From Azolla caroliniana (Eukaryota; Plantae; Polypodiophyta), in NCBI GenBank assembly GCA_043228905.1, contig JBHGNT010000022.1:10850001-10914000 (forward strand): a stretch of 64,000 nucleotides of DNA. The letters are read 5' to 3'. The notes beneath the pieces were generated by a model, which did no database searches, was not told the origin of the DNA, and worked only from the letters and a program-made list of their open reading frames with translations. Made by a program: the position numbers and the translations under genes. Positions 1 through 13,383 of the stretch are shown one piece after another; the first letter of the stretch is position 1; every line of letters begins with the position of its first letter.

Positions 1-599
1 AAAATGTGGTTGCAAGTGAGTTGTGAGTCTAGTCATTTAAAATTTTGAATAATGTAATGATAATTGTACATCCCATACATGGAGATGAAATAATTGGTAA
101 GATATAGCATTAGTACGATAATTACTTGTTCATGTGAAACGTAGAAATGTAAGAATCATCATTATCTTGTAGGTAGAGAGTAGTACCATAAAATGCACAA
201 AGCTCGAGGCTAGATGAACATGCTCATTGTTCTCTTCATCACTTTGGTTAATGACACTTAATAATATTACAATAATTTGATATTTGCGTTAATGGAACAT
301 TTGTTGTACCTTTGATATTTCTTGTTCTGCTTGGAAGCACTCAAAAAACATGATTAACACTTTGAGTAATTGGAATATTGAGGTCTACCTAAGACTCAAA
401 TGAATGGTTAGCCAAATTGAATGAATATTGTACATTATGTGTTGGACTTACAAGAATAAATCAAATAGCCGAATTATTAGTTGTTTGAAATTTAACTGTA
501 TTTAGACTACATATCATCCCCTAAGGGCACCTGTAAGAACTTGACATTTATCTGTTGGTCCTAGAAGCCTTTGTAAAAGTTATTGTACGTAGTTTAACC

Positions 600-1700
600 T
601 ATCGCAATAAGTGACCATGAAGATGAAAAGATGGTCAAACATTCAAAAGGCATGTGTGCAAAGTTCCTTTTCCAGTTTGGTTCATATCAGAGTCCCATCT
701 GTTCATAAACTAATATAATACAACGAATTCATTTCCTTTGAATATAGAATCTCATTTGATTGATGGAAGTTCCGTCCACTATTAGGCTATAATAAATAGC
801 AATTCAATTCTATATGTAGAACGTCATTCACATCAAGTTGTCAAAAAGAACTCAAGGTTGTATGTGAAGAATAGGATGGACCAAAAGGCAATATTGAGAA
901 ATATAATATCTTCAATACACAAATTGTGATTTTGATGACAATGATTATTGGGTCCTTGTTTCTCTCTATACCATTGGAAGTAAAAACAAGATCTTCTTAG
1001 TTGTTTAGCATTGTCTTTAAATCGACAACAATTTCCCTTTCTTTATTTATAGTGTGGAAAACATGACAATGTAAAATGGTGTTTAACTAGTTTGTTAAGA
1101 TCAATTTACTAGTGTGCATGAGCTCAAACTAGATTTATGAAGACGTTTTGTAATGAACACAAGTTCAAACCCATTAAACAAGAAACCCACAACCTAGTTA
1201 ATGTCAAGCATTGCACTACACTATCAAGTCTATATATTTTACTCTCAAAATTTGAATAAGGTAGTCTAGTGAATCTAATTGTGACGTGTATAGTAAAGAC
1301 AATGTTTCCACATTGTGTCTTAGCACAAGGTGTCTTGTCTACATATGATCTTGTGCTTTGAGAGTGTTTGGTCATAGAAGAAGTGTGGATGAGAAACTTG
1401 TTTGTTTGTTTGATTTGACTAGGGAGAGAGAGAATTTTATTTCTATTGATGTAATGAATACATCGAGTGCCCAAATGATAACTCCTTGCTTCAAACTGGT
1501 GAAACACAACTAACTTATTTTTGTCAATGTAGTGATATTGTTCATTGTAACCTAAGGCCCAATTTGCAAGACATTGGCATTGGGCAATATTTGTTACTGA
1601 GTGCTTGTTTGGAAGGCATCTATATCAATGGGGAAAAAATCTGATTTCCATCCTCAAAACATGTTCACGTGTGGAGCATCATAAGATACACCATGCCAAG
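600..1700 (-). mobile_element. Possible highly decayed Helitron-like Rep fragment
   Basis: The minus strand gives fragmentary motifs reminiscent of Helitron Rep (LQN...AHAH as a HUH-like motif near 1110-1155, IVFTIHVT in ORF 1124-1507). Many stops; weak resemblance only. Confidence 0.25.
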
Positions 1701-3452
1701 TTGTTATATTCTAATGTTTAAAATCTCAATCCAATAAGTTCCTTCATGTTGTGTGAGCAAGTTGCATTACCATTTTTGTATGCATTACATTTTCTCACAT
1801 GCATTCAATGCTTATGTGTGCTTAAATGATGCAAAAACCCCAATAAATACACAGAGGTGTACATTTGCTCTATGTTTGGACTCACAATGCTAGTGAAAAG
1901 CAATGTATTCATATAAAAGTATCACAATGGGACCAGGTAGTTTTCTCGTAGCATTCTATGCAATGTAAAGTTAAATTTATATTGCATTATCATGGACTAG
2001 TAGGGAAAGCCCTGCATGCTAGAAGTTACCAACACTCATTGGAATCATGTCAAATATATGCCCACATTGCCCAAGGCCATTCTCAAGCACGCGAAGGTTG
2101 GGAGTAGAAGTCATCTAAATAGTCATAATGATTACACCAGCAACATGTCAACAACAATTACTTTGATCATTATTTATTTCTAGGCACGTAAAATAGTTGA
2201 TCACTAGTAGTTTGTATCAACAATTACTTATCATTGATATTCAAGAACTTGTCCACATCCAATATTTATGACAAACAACTAAGAGATAACAAGGAATGAC
2301 GTAGCCAATGATCAACCCTCACATTGTGCGTTCGCCGTTGCCTCTACCATTGTATGTTTTAACATTTAGATAAGAATGACCACGTAACCTTCATCTCAAC
2401 ATTTGAGTACCCGCCCCTTTATCTTGACATTAGGCCTTGTCCAGTCCTTCAACTCTAATTCTTAGGCCTTAACCTTGAAGCCTAACTTTCATCTCTTGAC
2501 CTCATTGGGCATTTATATTCACTAAGATGCACCTTGAAAATGTGGAAAATACACAAAAATGCTCTCGAATCCCTCAAAAAATGGCCATGGTTGACGAGCT
2601 TTGGAATGGATGATATATATATTCACTAAGATGCACCTTCGATTTGTAACAAACACACACATAGTCTCAAATCCCTTGAAAATAGGCATGGTTGATGAGC
2701 CTTGATACACGTCAATGCACATGCACTTTGTTTACAAAAAACGCTTTATTGTGGATTGACTTTGTTGATTGGGATATAGATTTCCTACAAGTGTGATTCG
2801 ATAGCGAGAGTGATTATGAGACAGTCGTTGATGGAAAACATAATGAATGATCGATGGAGGCGCAAGGGGATTAATTAGAGACGTGCACTAATGTGGTTGA
2901 ATGAGTTTGGGGAGCATGAGAAACCCATGCCCATGGTGCTACAAAGGAAAGAGCCAGCCCAACCATGGTGTAGCAGAGTAAGCAACATAATATTGAGGTT
3001 GTAAGTTTGCATGAGAGACATTCACCATCCCAAGCAAGTTCCAACAGACTGTGGTGTCGTGGAGTAATCAAAAGGATTCGAAGCTAAATAACAAAATGGG
3101 GAGACATGTATGCTTAAAACAATGATGGATGATGGCAAGGAGTGGCGAGTCAGCGACTCAAAGTGAGGCTTCTTTGATAATGATTATGAATTAGCGACTG
3201 ATTGAGTTGAAACTTAAGACGTGACATAATGTCCACTTAGAGAACATTGTGTGCAAGATAGGGAGAGTTTTTGGAGTGCTCTCCAAGGATAGAGCCCTCC
3301 CTCATCTATCAAATCTATCTCATTTCATTAAATACACACACATACATATTTGTCAATGTGTATCTATGTGAAGAGAGAGAACTAGAGAGAGAGAGAGAGA
3401 GTACAAGCACTGAAAATGAGGGGAGTGAGATGCTAATGATAGTCATGATGTG

Positions 3453-3489
<37 letters not shown>

Positions 3490-3571
3490 TATATCTATTA
3501 CTATATATATGTCCATGTGTTTCTCTTTTATTGCATTTCTATCCCCCCATCATTTCATCCATCCATCCCTC

Positions 3572-3578
3572 TATAAAA
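3572..3578 (+). promoter_or_regulatory. Candidate TATA box of the MIR159/319-like primary transcript
   Basis: CTATAAAAGG in a typical plant core-promoter context, after (GA)n/(CT)n tracts and about 1.1 kb upstream of the hairpin. No protein-coding gene follows. Confidence 0.4.
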
Positions 3579-4126
3579 GGGAAGGGAAAGCTCTCATAAT
3601 ATCATGGAGCTATTATTTGTGTGTGTGTGTTTCCTTCCCTCCTCATGATTGGCCTTAACTAATTAATCAACTAATTAATGAATGCATACATATAAGACTT
3701 TTAGTTTGATTTCTATTTTTTAATGTTTTTTGTGTGTGGAAATCATAGATTTTCTTTTGTGAATTGTATTGTTTATTGAATATACATATATGATATACAT
3801 ATACATATACACACATATATATATATATATATTTAGATTTAGATTTATTTATTTATTTATAATAGCAATATTTTTTGCATGCATGGATGGATGGTGATTG
3901 ATTCCATGGCTATAGTAGCTAACTACATACATAACATAACTAACTAGCTTAGTATCAAATGTAAGTATCATAGCTATAGTGATTGGATTCTATGACTAAT
4001 TTAGTAACTACATAACTAACTTAGTATCACATGTATCTCACATACATTTAACTAGCTTTGGATCAAATACAAATCCATATATGCATGTTACATAACATAA
4101 CTCTGTATCAAATTATGCATGCATGC

Positions 4127-4157
<31 letters not shown>

Positions 4158-4271
4158 TGTATATATGCAGGGATTCTTATTCTTGCTAATATTATTATTA
4201 TGTACCTCTAATTGCTAGAAAGTTATGAATGTTGGGTGGGTCTCTATTAGGAAAAATTGTGAGATTTCTTG

Positions 4272-4548
4272 TAGTATTTATATATAACCCAAAAGATTGG
4301 ATTTGGCAGTAGGATTTAAAGAAAAATCTAGTATTGTATATAACCCAAAAGATTGGATTTGGCAGTAGGATTTAAAGAAAAATCTAGTGTTATATATAAC
4401 CCAAAAGATTGGATTTGGCAGTAGGATTTAAAGAAAAATCTAGTGTTATATATAACCCAAAAGATTGGATTTGGCAGTAGGATTAAAGTAAAATCTCGTA
4501 TTGTATATAACCCAAAAGATTGGATTTGGCAGTATGATTAGATAAAAA
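4272..4548. repeat. 56-bp minisatellite, about 5 copies
   Basis: Unit TATATAACCCAAAAGATTGGATTTGGCAGTAGGATTTAAAGAAAAATCTAGT(A/G)TT(G/A). AACCC recurs at 4286, 4342, 4398, 4454 and 4509. Confidence 0.95.
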
Positions 4549-4660
4549 CATTGGCATTCAGATTGGATTGGAATTTATTAAAAAAGAAGAAGAAGAGAGG
4601 AAGCATGGATATGATCTTAAGAACTAATTGAAATTGATGGATTTAATATGTGTTTTTTTA

Positions 4661-5056
4661 TATTTGGAGCTTCTTTACTTTCCAATGGGTGGGGGTGAGG
4701 AAGTGGTGTTGGGGGTTGCAGCCATCTCAGGCATCCAAGTGCCTCCTTCCCCATTACAAGCTAATCCCATCAACAAATCCTCTGCACACAACATATAATA
4801 ATAAAAAGCACACTCTTTTCTTCTGAATCTGCAGTGATAGTGCTAGCTATGTGATGCTGCCATTGTTCAGTGGAGGGGAAGGGGGGCAACTGCTTGCCTC
4901 AGTTGGGAGCTACACCCACCATTCCCACACTTTTGAAAAACCAGACATTATTACCCTTCTTCTTCTTCTTCTTCTTCTTCTTCTTCTTCTTCTTCTTGGA
5001 TTAAGTTCCTTTATTTGGTTCCTTCCTTCCCTTGGAAAGAAGGGAGCTCCAAAATA
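4661..5056 (+). ncRNA. MIR159/319: MIR159/MIR319-family precursor hairpin with variant mature sequence (mature about 5031/5032-5052, star about 4666-4685)
   Basis: The 3' arm TTGGAAAGAAGGGAGCTCC differs from miR319 (UUGGACUGAAGGGAGCUCC) at 2 positions. The 5' arm GGAGCTTCTTTACTTTCCAA pairs with it fully (one bulged A, two G:U). A second, loop-proximal duplex (about 4694-4752 with 4875-4930) is present, as is typical of this family. Confidence 0.8.
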
Positions 5057-5059
5057 ACC

Positions 5060-5470
5060 ATAACATTCTTTGCTTTTCTTTCATGTGTCTGATCATGTAA
5101 AAGATGTTGGATCTTTCTGTTTTTCTAGGGTTTACTTATGATGTATTATATATATATATCATATATGTATATATGTATGAATACAGATACTCCAACATAT
5201 CATAATATCATAAACATCCTTTTGATTTTCTTTCTTGTGTTTGATCATGTAAAAGATGTTGGATCTTTCTGTTTTTCTAGGGTTTACTTATGAGGTATTA
5301 GGGTTTACTTATATATGTATATATATATATTTATGTATATTTATATATGTATGAATACATATACTCCAAAATATCATAATATCATAACATTCTTTGCTTC
5401 TCCTTCATGTGTTTGATCATGTAAAAGATGTTGGATCTTTCTGTTTTTTCTAGGGTTTACTTATGTATGT
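5060..5470. repeat. Three degenerate tandem copies (about 155-170 bp period)
   Basis: TGATCATGTAAAAGATGTTGGATCTTTCTGTTTTTCTAGGGTTTACTTATG recurs near 5090, 5242 and 5414. Confidence 0.9.
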
Positions 5471-5510
5471 ATGTATGCACACTATGCATACAGCTTTTCT
5501 TTTTCTTTGC

Positions 5511-5559
<49 letters not shown>

Positions 5560-6299
5560 AAAACCTGTTGATCTTTAGTCAGTATTACATGCTGCAAATT
5601 GTGTTGTTCCATCACTACTACTACTACTTCAGAATTGAGTTTTTTCTTACGAGGTTCCGAAATCAAGGCGCATTTTGATGGAGCTAATGTCAGGAAGGAA
5701 CGATGATAACTGGTCGGCGGATCAAGCCCCCCGGAAAGAGGAATCCATTCTGGGATATTGCTGCTCTTGCGAATTTATCCGACATTTCCATAAGGCCGGG
5801 CACTACCCATACTTTGAATATTTAAATTTTTTTAATAAACAGCCTTAATCCTAATGGTTTGAACCCCAATTACAAAACATCATTAGGGTTAGAACATTTT
5901 ACAGAGAAAAACGTTTTTAACAAACAAATGCAATAGATTATTCTAATGTGATGAGGCAATTGTTATTAAAAGAAACAAACAAAAACAATTCAAATCATGA
6001 ATGTTTTTTTTGTTTTGGTATAAATATCTCAACTTGTTTGTTCATGAATTAATACAGGACTGATTGATTTGGATACTTTTATCAACATTGCAGATCATGT
6101 GCATTATGTGATTTGAATGTTACTCTTATTAGCTTTGTAATTATGGATGATTAATGCTAGCATTAATACTAATAGTTGGTGATTAAGGCTAACATTGCAA
6201 TCTTACTATGATAACTTCATATGATGTCATGTGATTTATACACAGAATATTGATAATTGAATCACATGGCACCCATGTTTAGTGTTTAAACTTTATAAT

Positions 6300-9200
6300 A
6301 TGAAACAATTGAATGAAACAATCACATTTCTTTGATGGATCCTCCTGCATTGATAACCCTTACTTTAGTAATTGGTAAGAAAAATTGTAACTTTGAGAAT
6401 CTCCAATGCTATGATTAATGATGATGATATGCTGCAATTGTGCCGTCAACTGCATTTTCTCCACGAATGTTGTGAATATTTATCGAACCAAAACATATAA
6501 GCATATCCCACACGATTTCCTTTCCATGTTTAAACTATCTTTAACTGCATGGAATCATAATTGGTCCAGAGTTTATTATAATGTATTAGAAATGACTTGG
6601 TACAAGCTCCATCATAATTCTAATCCATACTTTTGATTCGACAAACCTTCATGTTACTTTAATGGCATTTTGTAATAGTGGGGCTACATCCTTCAAGCTT
6701 CATGACTCAGTTGCCATGCATCAATTTGTCACCTTTTTAAATCGACAACGTCTTTGGCCCAAAGATGATGGGAGTGTCAAAAGAGGAAAAGATATTCGGA
6801 TTTATTTATATAACTCTCATGATGGGTATCAACTCCCTTCACTAAGTTTTTATGTAGTTCCTATCTGTTGTAGAGGTGTTAATGCAATTGTAACTCTTAA
6901 GACATCCAACTTTAATGATTATGTGAAATCATATGATTATGTGAAATCATATGTACATTTTCCTGATAAATATTTGTAACTTGTAGTCTCCCTTCTTTTG
7001 CTATTGATCAAAAGATTGTATATAATTCCTTTCATATTTCAACTCATCACAAGAAAATGATCCTCGTATGCAACATCACTTCAAAAGATCTTATATAACC
7101 ACGAGATTGTGATTATGCATGGCCTTGAACATAAGGTGTGCCTATTCATAGATACTTAAATGAGAAAAGTCTTAACTAACGTAAGTTTGATTGTGATCCC
7201 AATATTCTACTGCTATGAAGAACTACCCTTGAAGCCATACTGTGTGAGAGAAAGGATTGATCTTCTTCTTAGAATTAATTTTCTTTCGTCATGATCAAGG
7301 GGTGGTGGACCTATATTGGCAATTTCTTTTAAGAGCACTCCTGATGTTGGGAATGAAGTCTTTGCTTTCATGCACATGTGTTATACAAGTCTCTTTAAAG
7401 TCAAATGCATTTGTATTGATCAAATTTATGCTAATTATAATTTTTAATATAGAGATAAATTCTCTCACAAGAATATGTTTACATCACAAAGTTCAAATGT
7501 TTGCCAAAATTGTAAAGCTATACTTTTAGAAGAACTTTTAGCAAAGATATTAGCTACCTTGTGATCTAAATTAATAAGTTCTCATATCCTTTAGATCTAA
7601 GATAACTTCAATCACCTTTTTATGAACATCATGATCATAGGGAGCAAGATTCTATGTGCAATATAAGGTCTTTGAATGAAAGTTAAGATTTTTACTCACA
7701 TAGTAGAGGTTGTATCATCAAAAAGTTTTTGAACATGTATACTTAAATACTAAGTTCAAGGTTTTTGATTAATAATCCATCAACATAGCTTCACACACTT
7801 GTTCCAAATATCTCCAATATTACTAAGAGAGAATTTATTGTTGGTATACATAAATTTAAAATCAAGATGTCTTTCATATATCCATAAAACGTAATATATC
7901 ACTTTGTCTTGAATGAGCTACAGGAAAAGAAGGAGAATATGTGGAAACTGTGTTTTAAACTACACAAAATTTTAGAAAGAGTTCTTATAATTAATCAAGA
8001 ATCACTCATTCCTTAAAGGAACGCAAGAACACGAGGGAAATGCCTAGAAGACTCAAAAGTGTTGTTAAACTGGAATAATTTGAAAGAAATGGCCTGCCTC
8101 TAAGAAGTATTACTAGCTCACTTGTCAAAGGTACATGTCTTACAACTAAAAGTTGTGAGTTTGAACCATATTTCGTGCGACTATCTTTTACATCTGAATG
8201 ATTGTTGTCTTTGTACATACAATTATAATAGTCAAATGCTTAGATGGAGTACTTTGTTTGGCTTCTTTGACTAACGGTGATGGAAGTCTAGAACGTTAAT
8301 ATCAAGAGCATCGACAAGATTCTGATATGTAGGTTCCCACGTATGGTTGAAAGGAAAATAGAATCAGTTGAATGAAAAAGTAAACTGCGAGAAGTTGGAA
8401 TCCAAAATTTCTCAAGCTGTGAATGCCTTATGATCCTCAATCTCGACTAGTTGAGGAGGTAAAAGCAATGCTCATTTCAGAAAGGGAATTTCCATGTAGT
8501 TGGATTCCAACAAAGAGATGCGGATTAATAACAAGAGGTGAGCTAGACAAAATGATGATGGAATCTCCAAACAAAAAGCAACATCACCAACTCAACTAAT
8601 GATCCAATAAGGGGAACCATGAACTAATATTTCATGACAAGATAACAAGGTGAAAATCATAGAGCCATCTATCATGTTGAATATAGAGAATATGAGTAAT
8701 TTATTACATAAGAGGACTTTACGTCCATTCTCCAAAAAGTGTGTTCATACACAAGGTGTGGTTGATCTTGAATTCTCAATGTAACCCTTCAAGATCAATT
8801 GTGTCATAAAGTCATTTGTATAAAGAAATTGGTAACTTTCTTGCACTCCCCTCAAGCTTAAGGTAACAAGGGGCATGGGCCAACTATAACCATTGAAATT
8901 TTGATGATCAATGTGGATTGTTGTAGATCCATTTCTCTCACTAGGCTCCTCTTGGATATAGAGATAATGAAATTCAATGAGTTTGAATGGGCATGTAACA
9001 TTGTTTCAATTCCAAGGTTGTCACTAAGGATCCATACTAGCTCATTCATGTCAACAGGAAAGTTCTTCAAGGTCAGTTTATACCAAATAAGTTTAGATGT
9101 GGAAAACTTTTGCTTGGCAATGGCACGGTAAACTATTTCTTGATTCTCTAAAAGTGGCATTCTTACCCAAGGAAAGTGCAAAGGCCAATGTAGATCACAT

Positions 9201-9950
9201 ATCCGATGAATTGCCTATCTGGCATGTCCAACAAGAATCAATAAAACCTTGAATATGAATTAGAACTCCTTGTTGGAGTTGATTATAAGTTCCCACCTCA
9301 TGCACAACCTATCGTCGAGATCTTGCAACATAGGCAGAAAAGAGAGTAGCGAGTACTAGCAAGATCATGACATTCAAAGAAAGACATGGAAAACTAAGAA
9401 TCAATCCAAATGCCTATTGTTATAGTTGCAATATTCACCAATTGATACAACATATTGTACAATAGTTTTGATTCTCGCACTCTCCAAAATGACCAACACC
9501 CACGAAGCCCTAAGTTTCTTACATATATGCATGGACTTTGAGGATTTTCCCACAAGTATGTCCCAATTGGCCTTACAATAAAAAAACACTTCCACCAAAC
9601 TCTAACACGTGTTTGGTGCCATGATGTGGTATGTGCAAAGGTACACAACATAAATATAGGTTTTATAAAAGCTCAAGATTCTCAAATGGCAAGAGTTAAC
9701 TATTACTAACAAAAGGGTAAAGGGGTTGATACCCACTAAAGATGACTAAATGAAAAAGAATGAATCTACAAAGGCCAATGAATGATAGGAGAACATGTGG
9801 TAAGGGCGAATGAGGAACACTTGCTTTTGTCAAACTAGGTGTCCATGTGAAAATAGGAATAGGTGGAACACTAAAAGAGGATAATCTATTTTCATACAAC
9901 AATGGCGTTCATGAAGCTTATAAATGAGAGAGGACTTTCTCATTGTCGTG
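6300..9950 (-). mobile_element. Highly decayed L1-type LINE remnant
   Basis: Minus-strand remnants in LINE order: ORF1-like FTWTPS and RPIG motifs (9400-9900), endonuclease-like fragments (7300-7650) and RT-like fragments (6340-6900). No intact ORF. Confidence 0.35.
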
Positions 9951-10696
9951 TTACTCATTTTTGGAAATAGAACGCCTAGACAAACCAAACTGCATGAGGT
10001 ACTGGATAACAAGGTCATGTGGGAGGCTTATGACAACAAAGGTGTCAAGGCTGTCTAATGTAGTAAACTCGCTACACTAAATCAATGATATCCCCCACCT
10101 CTTTCTTTCTTAATTATACTACCTATGTATCTACGATTATCTAATTGTGGTGGCCTTCTCTATAGAAGAATTAGGGGGATAGAAAGAAAGATGGAAGTCA
10201 ATTATATAAAGAATAGTTAGCAATTGACAAATAATTGCCTTTTAAGTATCCATTGTTGACCCTATACTTGGAGTAGAGCCCCACTCCTTTATATTTGTCG
10301 TTAGTAGAGTTATAACGATACTATGGAATCAATGATATAATATATAGGGTTATCAAACTCTTCTAAGATGCACACAAAGTGATAAAACAAACCAACCATG
10401 TGCAAAATTCTTGATATCATAGCTTTTATCATATGTTCAGAAGTACCAGTTTACTTCACACACATCGATATGTTTATTTAAAACCTAAACATTTATTATA
10501 GAACCCCCATATTCATATCACCCTCAGTTTATGAAACTCAAATATTGATTAAGAGTTCTTTTAATGAATAACTAACAAGATTGTACTTCAACAAAATAAG
10601 CATGGGAAATGTTATATGTGATATTGTTAAAAGAAGTGTTGATGTAGAAATTCAATTACCATCTTATTTAATTAAGATTTATTTATTTTTAAATTT

Positions 10697-10820
10697 TCTT
10701 TTCCAAAACAAAACCACTTCCCATTAGTTAGGAGAGATTATTACAAAAAGACTATACAAGGTGGGTTATACATAAATCGAGAATCACCCTCTGACCGAGT
10801 TCAAGAATATGAGACTACAT
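10697..10820 (-). mobile_element. Short 5'-truncated retroposon (LINE-like) 3' end, copy 1
   Basis: About 110 bp shared with 12443-12562. The minus strand ends TAATGGGAAG...TTTTGG followed by an A-rich tail, like the L1 tail at 56720-56754. Confidence 0.5.
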
Positions 10821-11163
10821 AAATGTCCTTTCAAACTGGCTACTTATGTAAGTAGGTACATATAGCTATAAACTAGTGCCCTTAATCACCGGCCAATATG
10901 AGTCGGATCCTGTGGCCTACAATGAAGGGAGGGTGGGAGGTGAGTAGGAAACAACCAACGTGGGGGCTGGTAGTTCCACCTCGGGCGATCTCCTCCTTGC
11001 GTCACCATCGGTGTGTTCTGTCATTTTTGTCATCTTATTTAATTAAGAAGTTTTAAGATACGTTGTTTCCCTGTGTCAAAAACACAAGGGGCAATAGCTT
11101 AGGCACAAGGGAGATGATTACATATTAGATGGTTGTGAGGAGAGTCAAATCATGTTGTATGTA

Positions 11164-11297
11164 GTTTGTTTTGCCAAATACAATTACTCAACTTGTTGGG
11201 AAATGAGTTGACGTATCAACACTAAAAATTGGTTTGTTTTGCCAAATACAATTACTCAACTTGTTGGGAAATGAGTTGATGTATCAACACTAAAAAT
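11164..11297. repeat. 68-bp tandem duplication
   Basis: GTTTGTTTTGCCAAATACAATTACTCAACTTGTTGGGAAATGAGTTGA(C/T)GTATCAACACTAAAAAT occurs twice. Confidence 0.9.
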
Positions 11298-12442
11298 GGT
11301 GTACAATTATTATTGGTGAGAACTAATGGATTTGTTAAACAAATCTAAGGTGTTTTTTGTGGTCTATAGCTAGCATGCAAAGCTTGGATTAGTTGGAAAT
11401 GTACCTCATGTCCTTTAACTTTGGGCACATACTTGTGGACTCTCATCTTACCCCCATAGTTTGATGGATGTCACGCCATTTTGAGATGCACCATTGACTA
11501 TGAGTAGTTGCCTTTGACCTCAAGATGGCATCATAAGTACATCTTTTGTACATTCATGATGTTATTGCATCTAAAAAAGGGGTATATTTCCTCACAAAAC
11601 CTCCACCTATATATCTATTTGTGAAGAAATTTGTAATTTTAGAAAGAGAGAGAGAGAGAGGGAAGGGAGGAAGGGTTCACCACAACACATTGGTATGGAG
11701 AGGGGACTTGCTAGACACCTTATTTGTTCATCGGACAAAGTACATAATTACATTTGGAGTGTAGTGAGAGAAGTAGAGTTATGGAGAGAGGTGGGGTGGG
11801 GTAATATTTTCATTGAATTACGTTACCTTTTCTTTACCAAGAGTAGATTTGATATTTACAACAATAACATGGGTGGTCTAATCGGGCCCTTAATATGTCA
11901 GTGGTATTTTTGTCTTTTACATCACATATTGCACACATAGATCTCAAATTTCATAGTGTCTCCGTCCAAATTGTAAAGAGAGGTGAAAGTAGTAAACTCA
12001 GAATTTCATGACAAATGATGGTTAATTCACAAAAACATTGAATACCCACAAAATTATGAACATGCCCCCATTATCCTTTAACTTCCTAAATACACCTTAT
12101 TTTTCGAGGAAATGGCAGTTTAGTTTCTCCAAATTGCAAAGAGATAAAAGGGGTCAATTATTTTGAGAATAACAATGGGTATTATTTTGGAAATCACCCC
12201 TCAATAATGATGGAAATTTTAGCCATTTTTTATTAAGTAAAGAAAAGAAGTCTAAAAAGAAATCCCTAGGGTTTCAAAATTTGGGAGAGTATACACTTTT
12301 GTAGGTCAATGGATAAGTTTGGTAGTTTTTTGAAAACCTAGATAGAAATATTGTTGTGTTTCTCTATTTTGGATATTTTAGTGAAAGATCATTGGGCTTT
12401 CAATGCTTACTAAATTACATCCCCTTTGGCCACAAATGCTAG

Positions 12443-12562
12443 CTTTTTTTTCCAAAAAAGGAGTTACTTTCCCATTACTTAGGAGATTTTTACAAAAAGA
12501 TTATACAAGAAATCGGGGAATCACCCCCTGGCCGAGTTCAAGAATATGAGACTAGACTACAT
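12443..12562 (-). mobile_element. Short 5'-truncated retroposon (LINE-like) 3' end, copy 2
   Basis: Matches 10697-10820. The T-run at about 12444-12452 is a poly(A) on the minus strand. Confidence 0.5.
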
Positions 12563-13206
12563 ACAACAATAGCGAGTTAAACATGGTGGTGAATATATGT
12601 GTGTTTCCCTATTTTGGATATATAATTAGCAAAGCTTTAGGGTTTTCAAAAGTTACTACAATATCCCTCTCCGCAAGCCAAGGTGTGTGTTTGACAATTT
12701 TTTAACATGTGGCAAATATTGACGTTTCCCCATTTTCCATTCATTGCTAGATGAGCCATACATTCACCATGGAAATTGCCCATGCTTAGGAATCAATAAA
12801 TAATATGAGTGTCTCCTAAGAGCATCCCTATCATCTGGTGGAGTCAAGTCCATGGTCTCTCCTGGGGTTACTCGTCTCGGAGGTTATGTCTCTTCTAGCC
12901 TATTTTGGGGCTTTCTTTTATTTATCTTTTGGCACTCATGGTAGAGATCAGAGCTATTCGCCCCCCCCAAACGAGTTGGAATCCCTGGGTAATCCCTTTT
13001 CTAAATACCCCGCCATTTTGTATTGTTCACCAACAGATCAAGATTCAACTTCCTTAATTGTATCTTCAATATATTGGAAAACCCTTGAGCTCTTCAAGTG
13101 TTTTTTCGTGACTTGAGAGAAGGTATGTTACCTATGCCAACAATGGTAGAGAAACCAAAGTTGTATACAAATGTACAACTTATTTATGAGTTGGGAGGTA
13201 ATTTAG

Positions 13207-13383
<177 letters not shown>

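Noticed and set aside
4272-4548. Regular repeat array resembling CRISPR
   Set aside because: Units are contiguous with no unique spacers, there are no cas genes, and the context is eukaryotic. It is a minisatellite.
5770-10910. CACTA...TAGTG pair suggesting a CACTA transposon (5801 and 10874-10878)
   Set aside because: The inner sequences do not continue as TIRs and the flanks GGG/CCC are not a direct 3-bp TSD. Only a weak outer inverted similarity remains.
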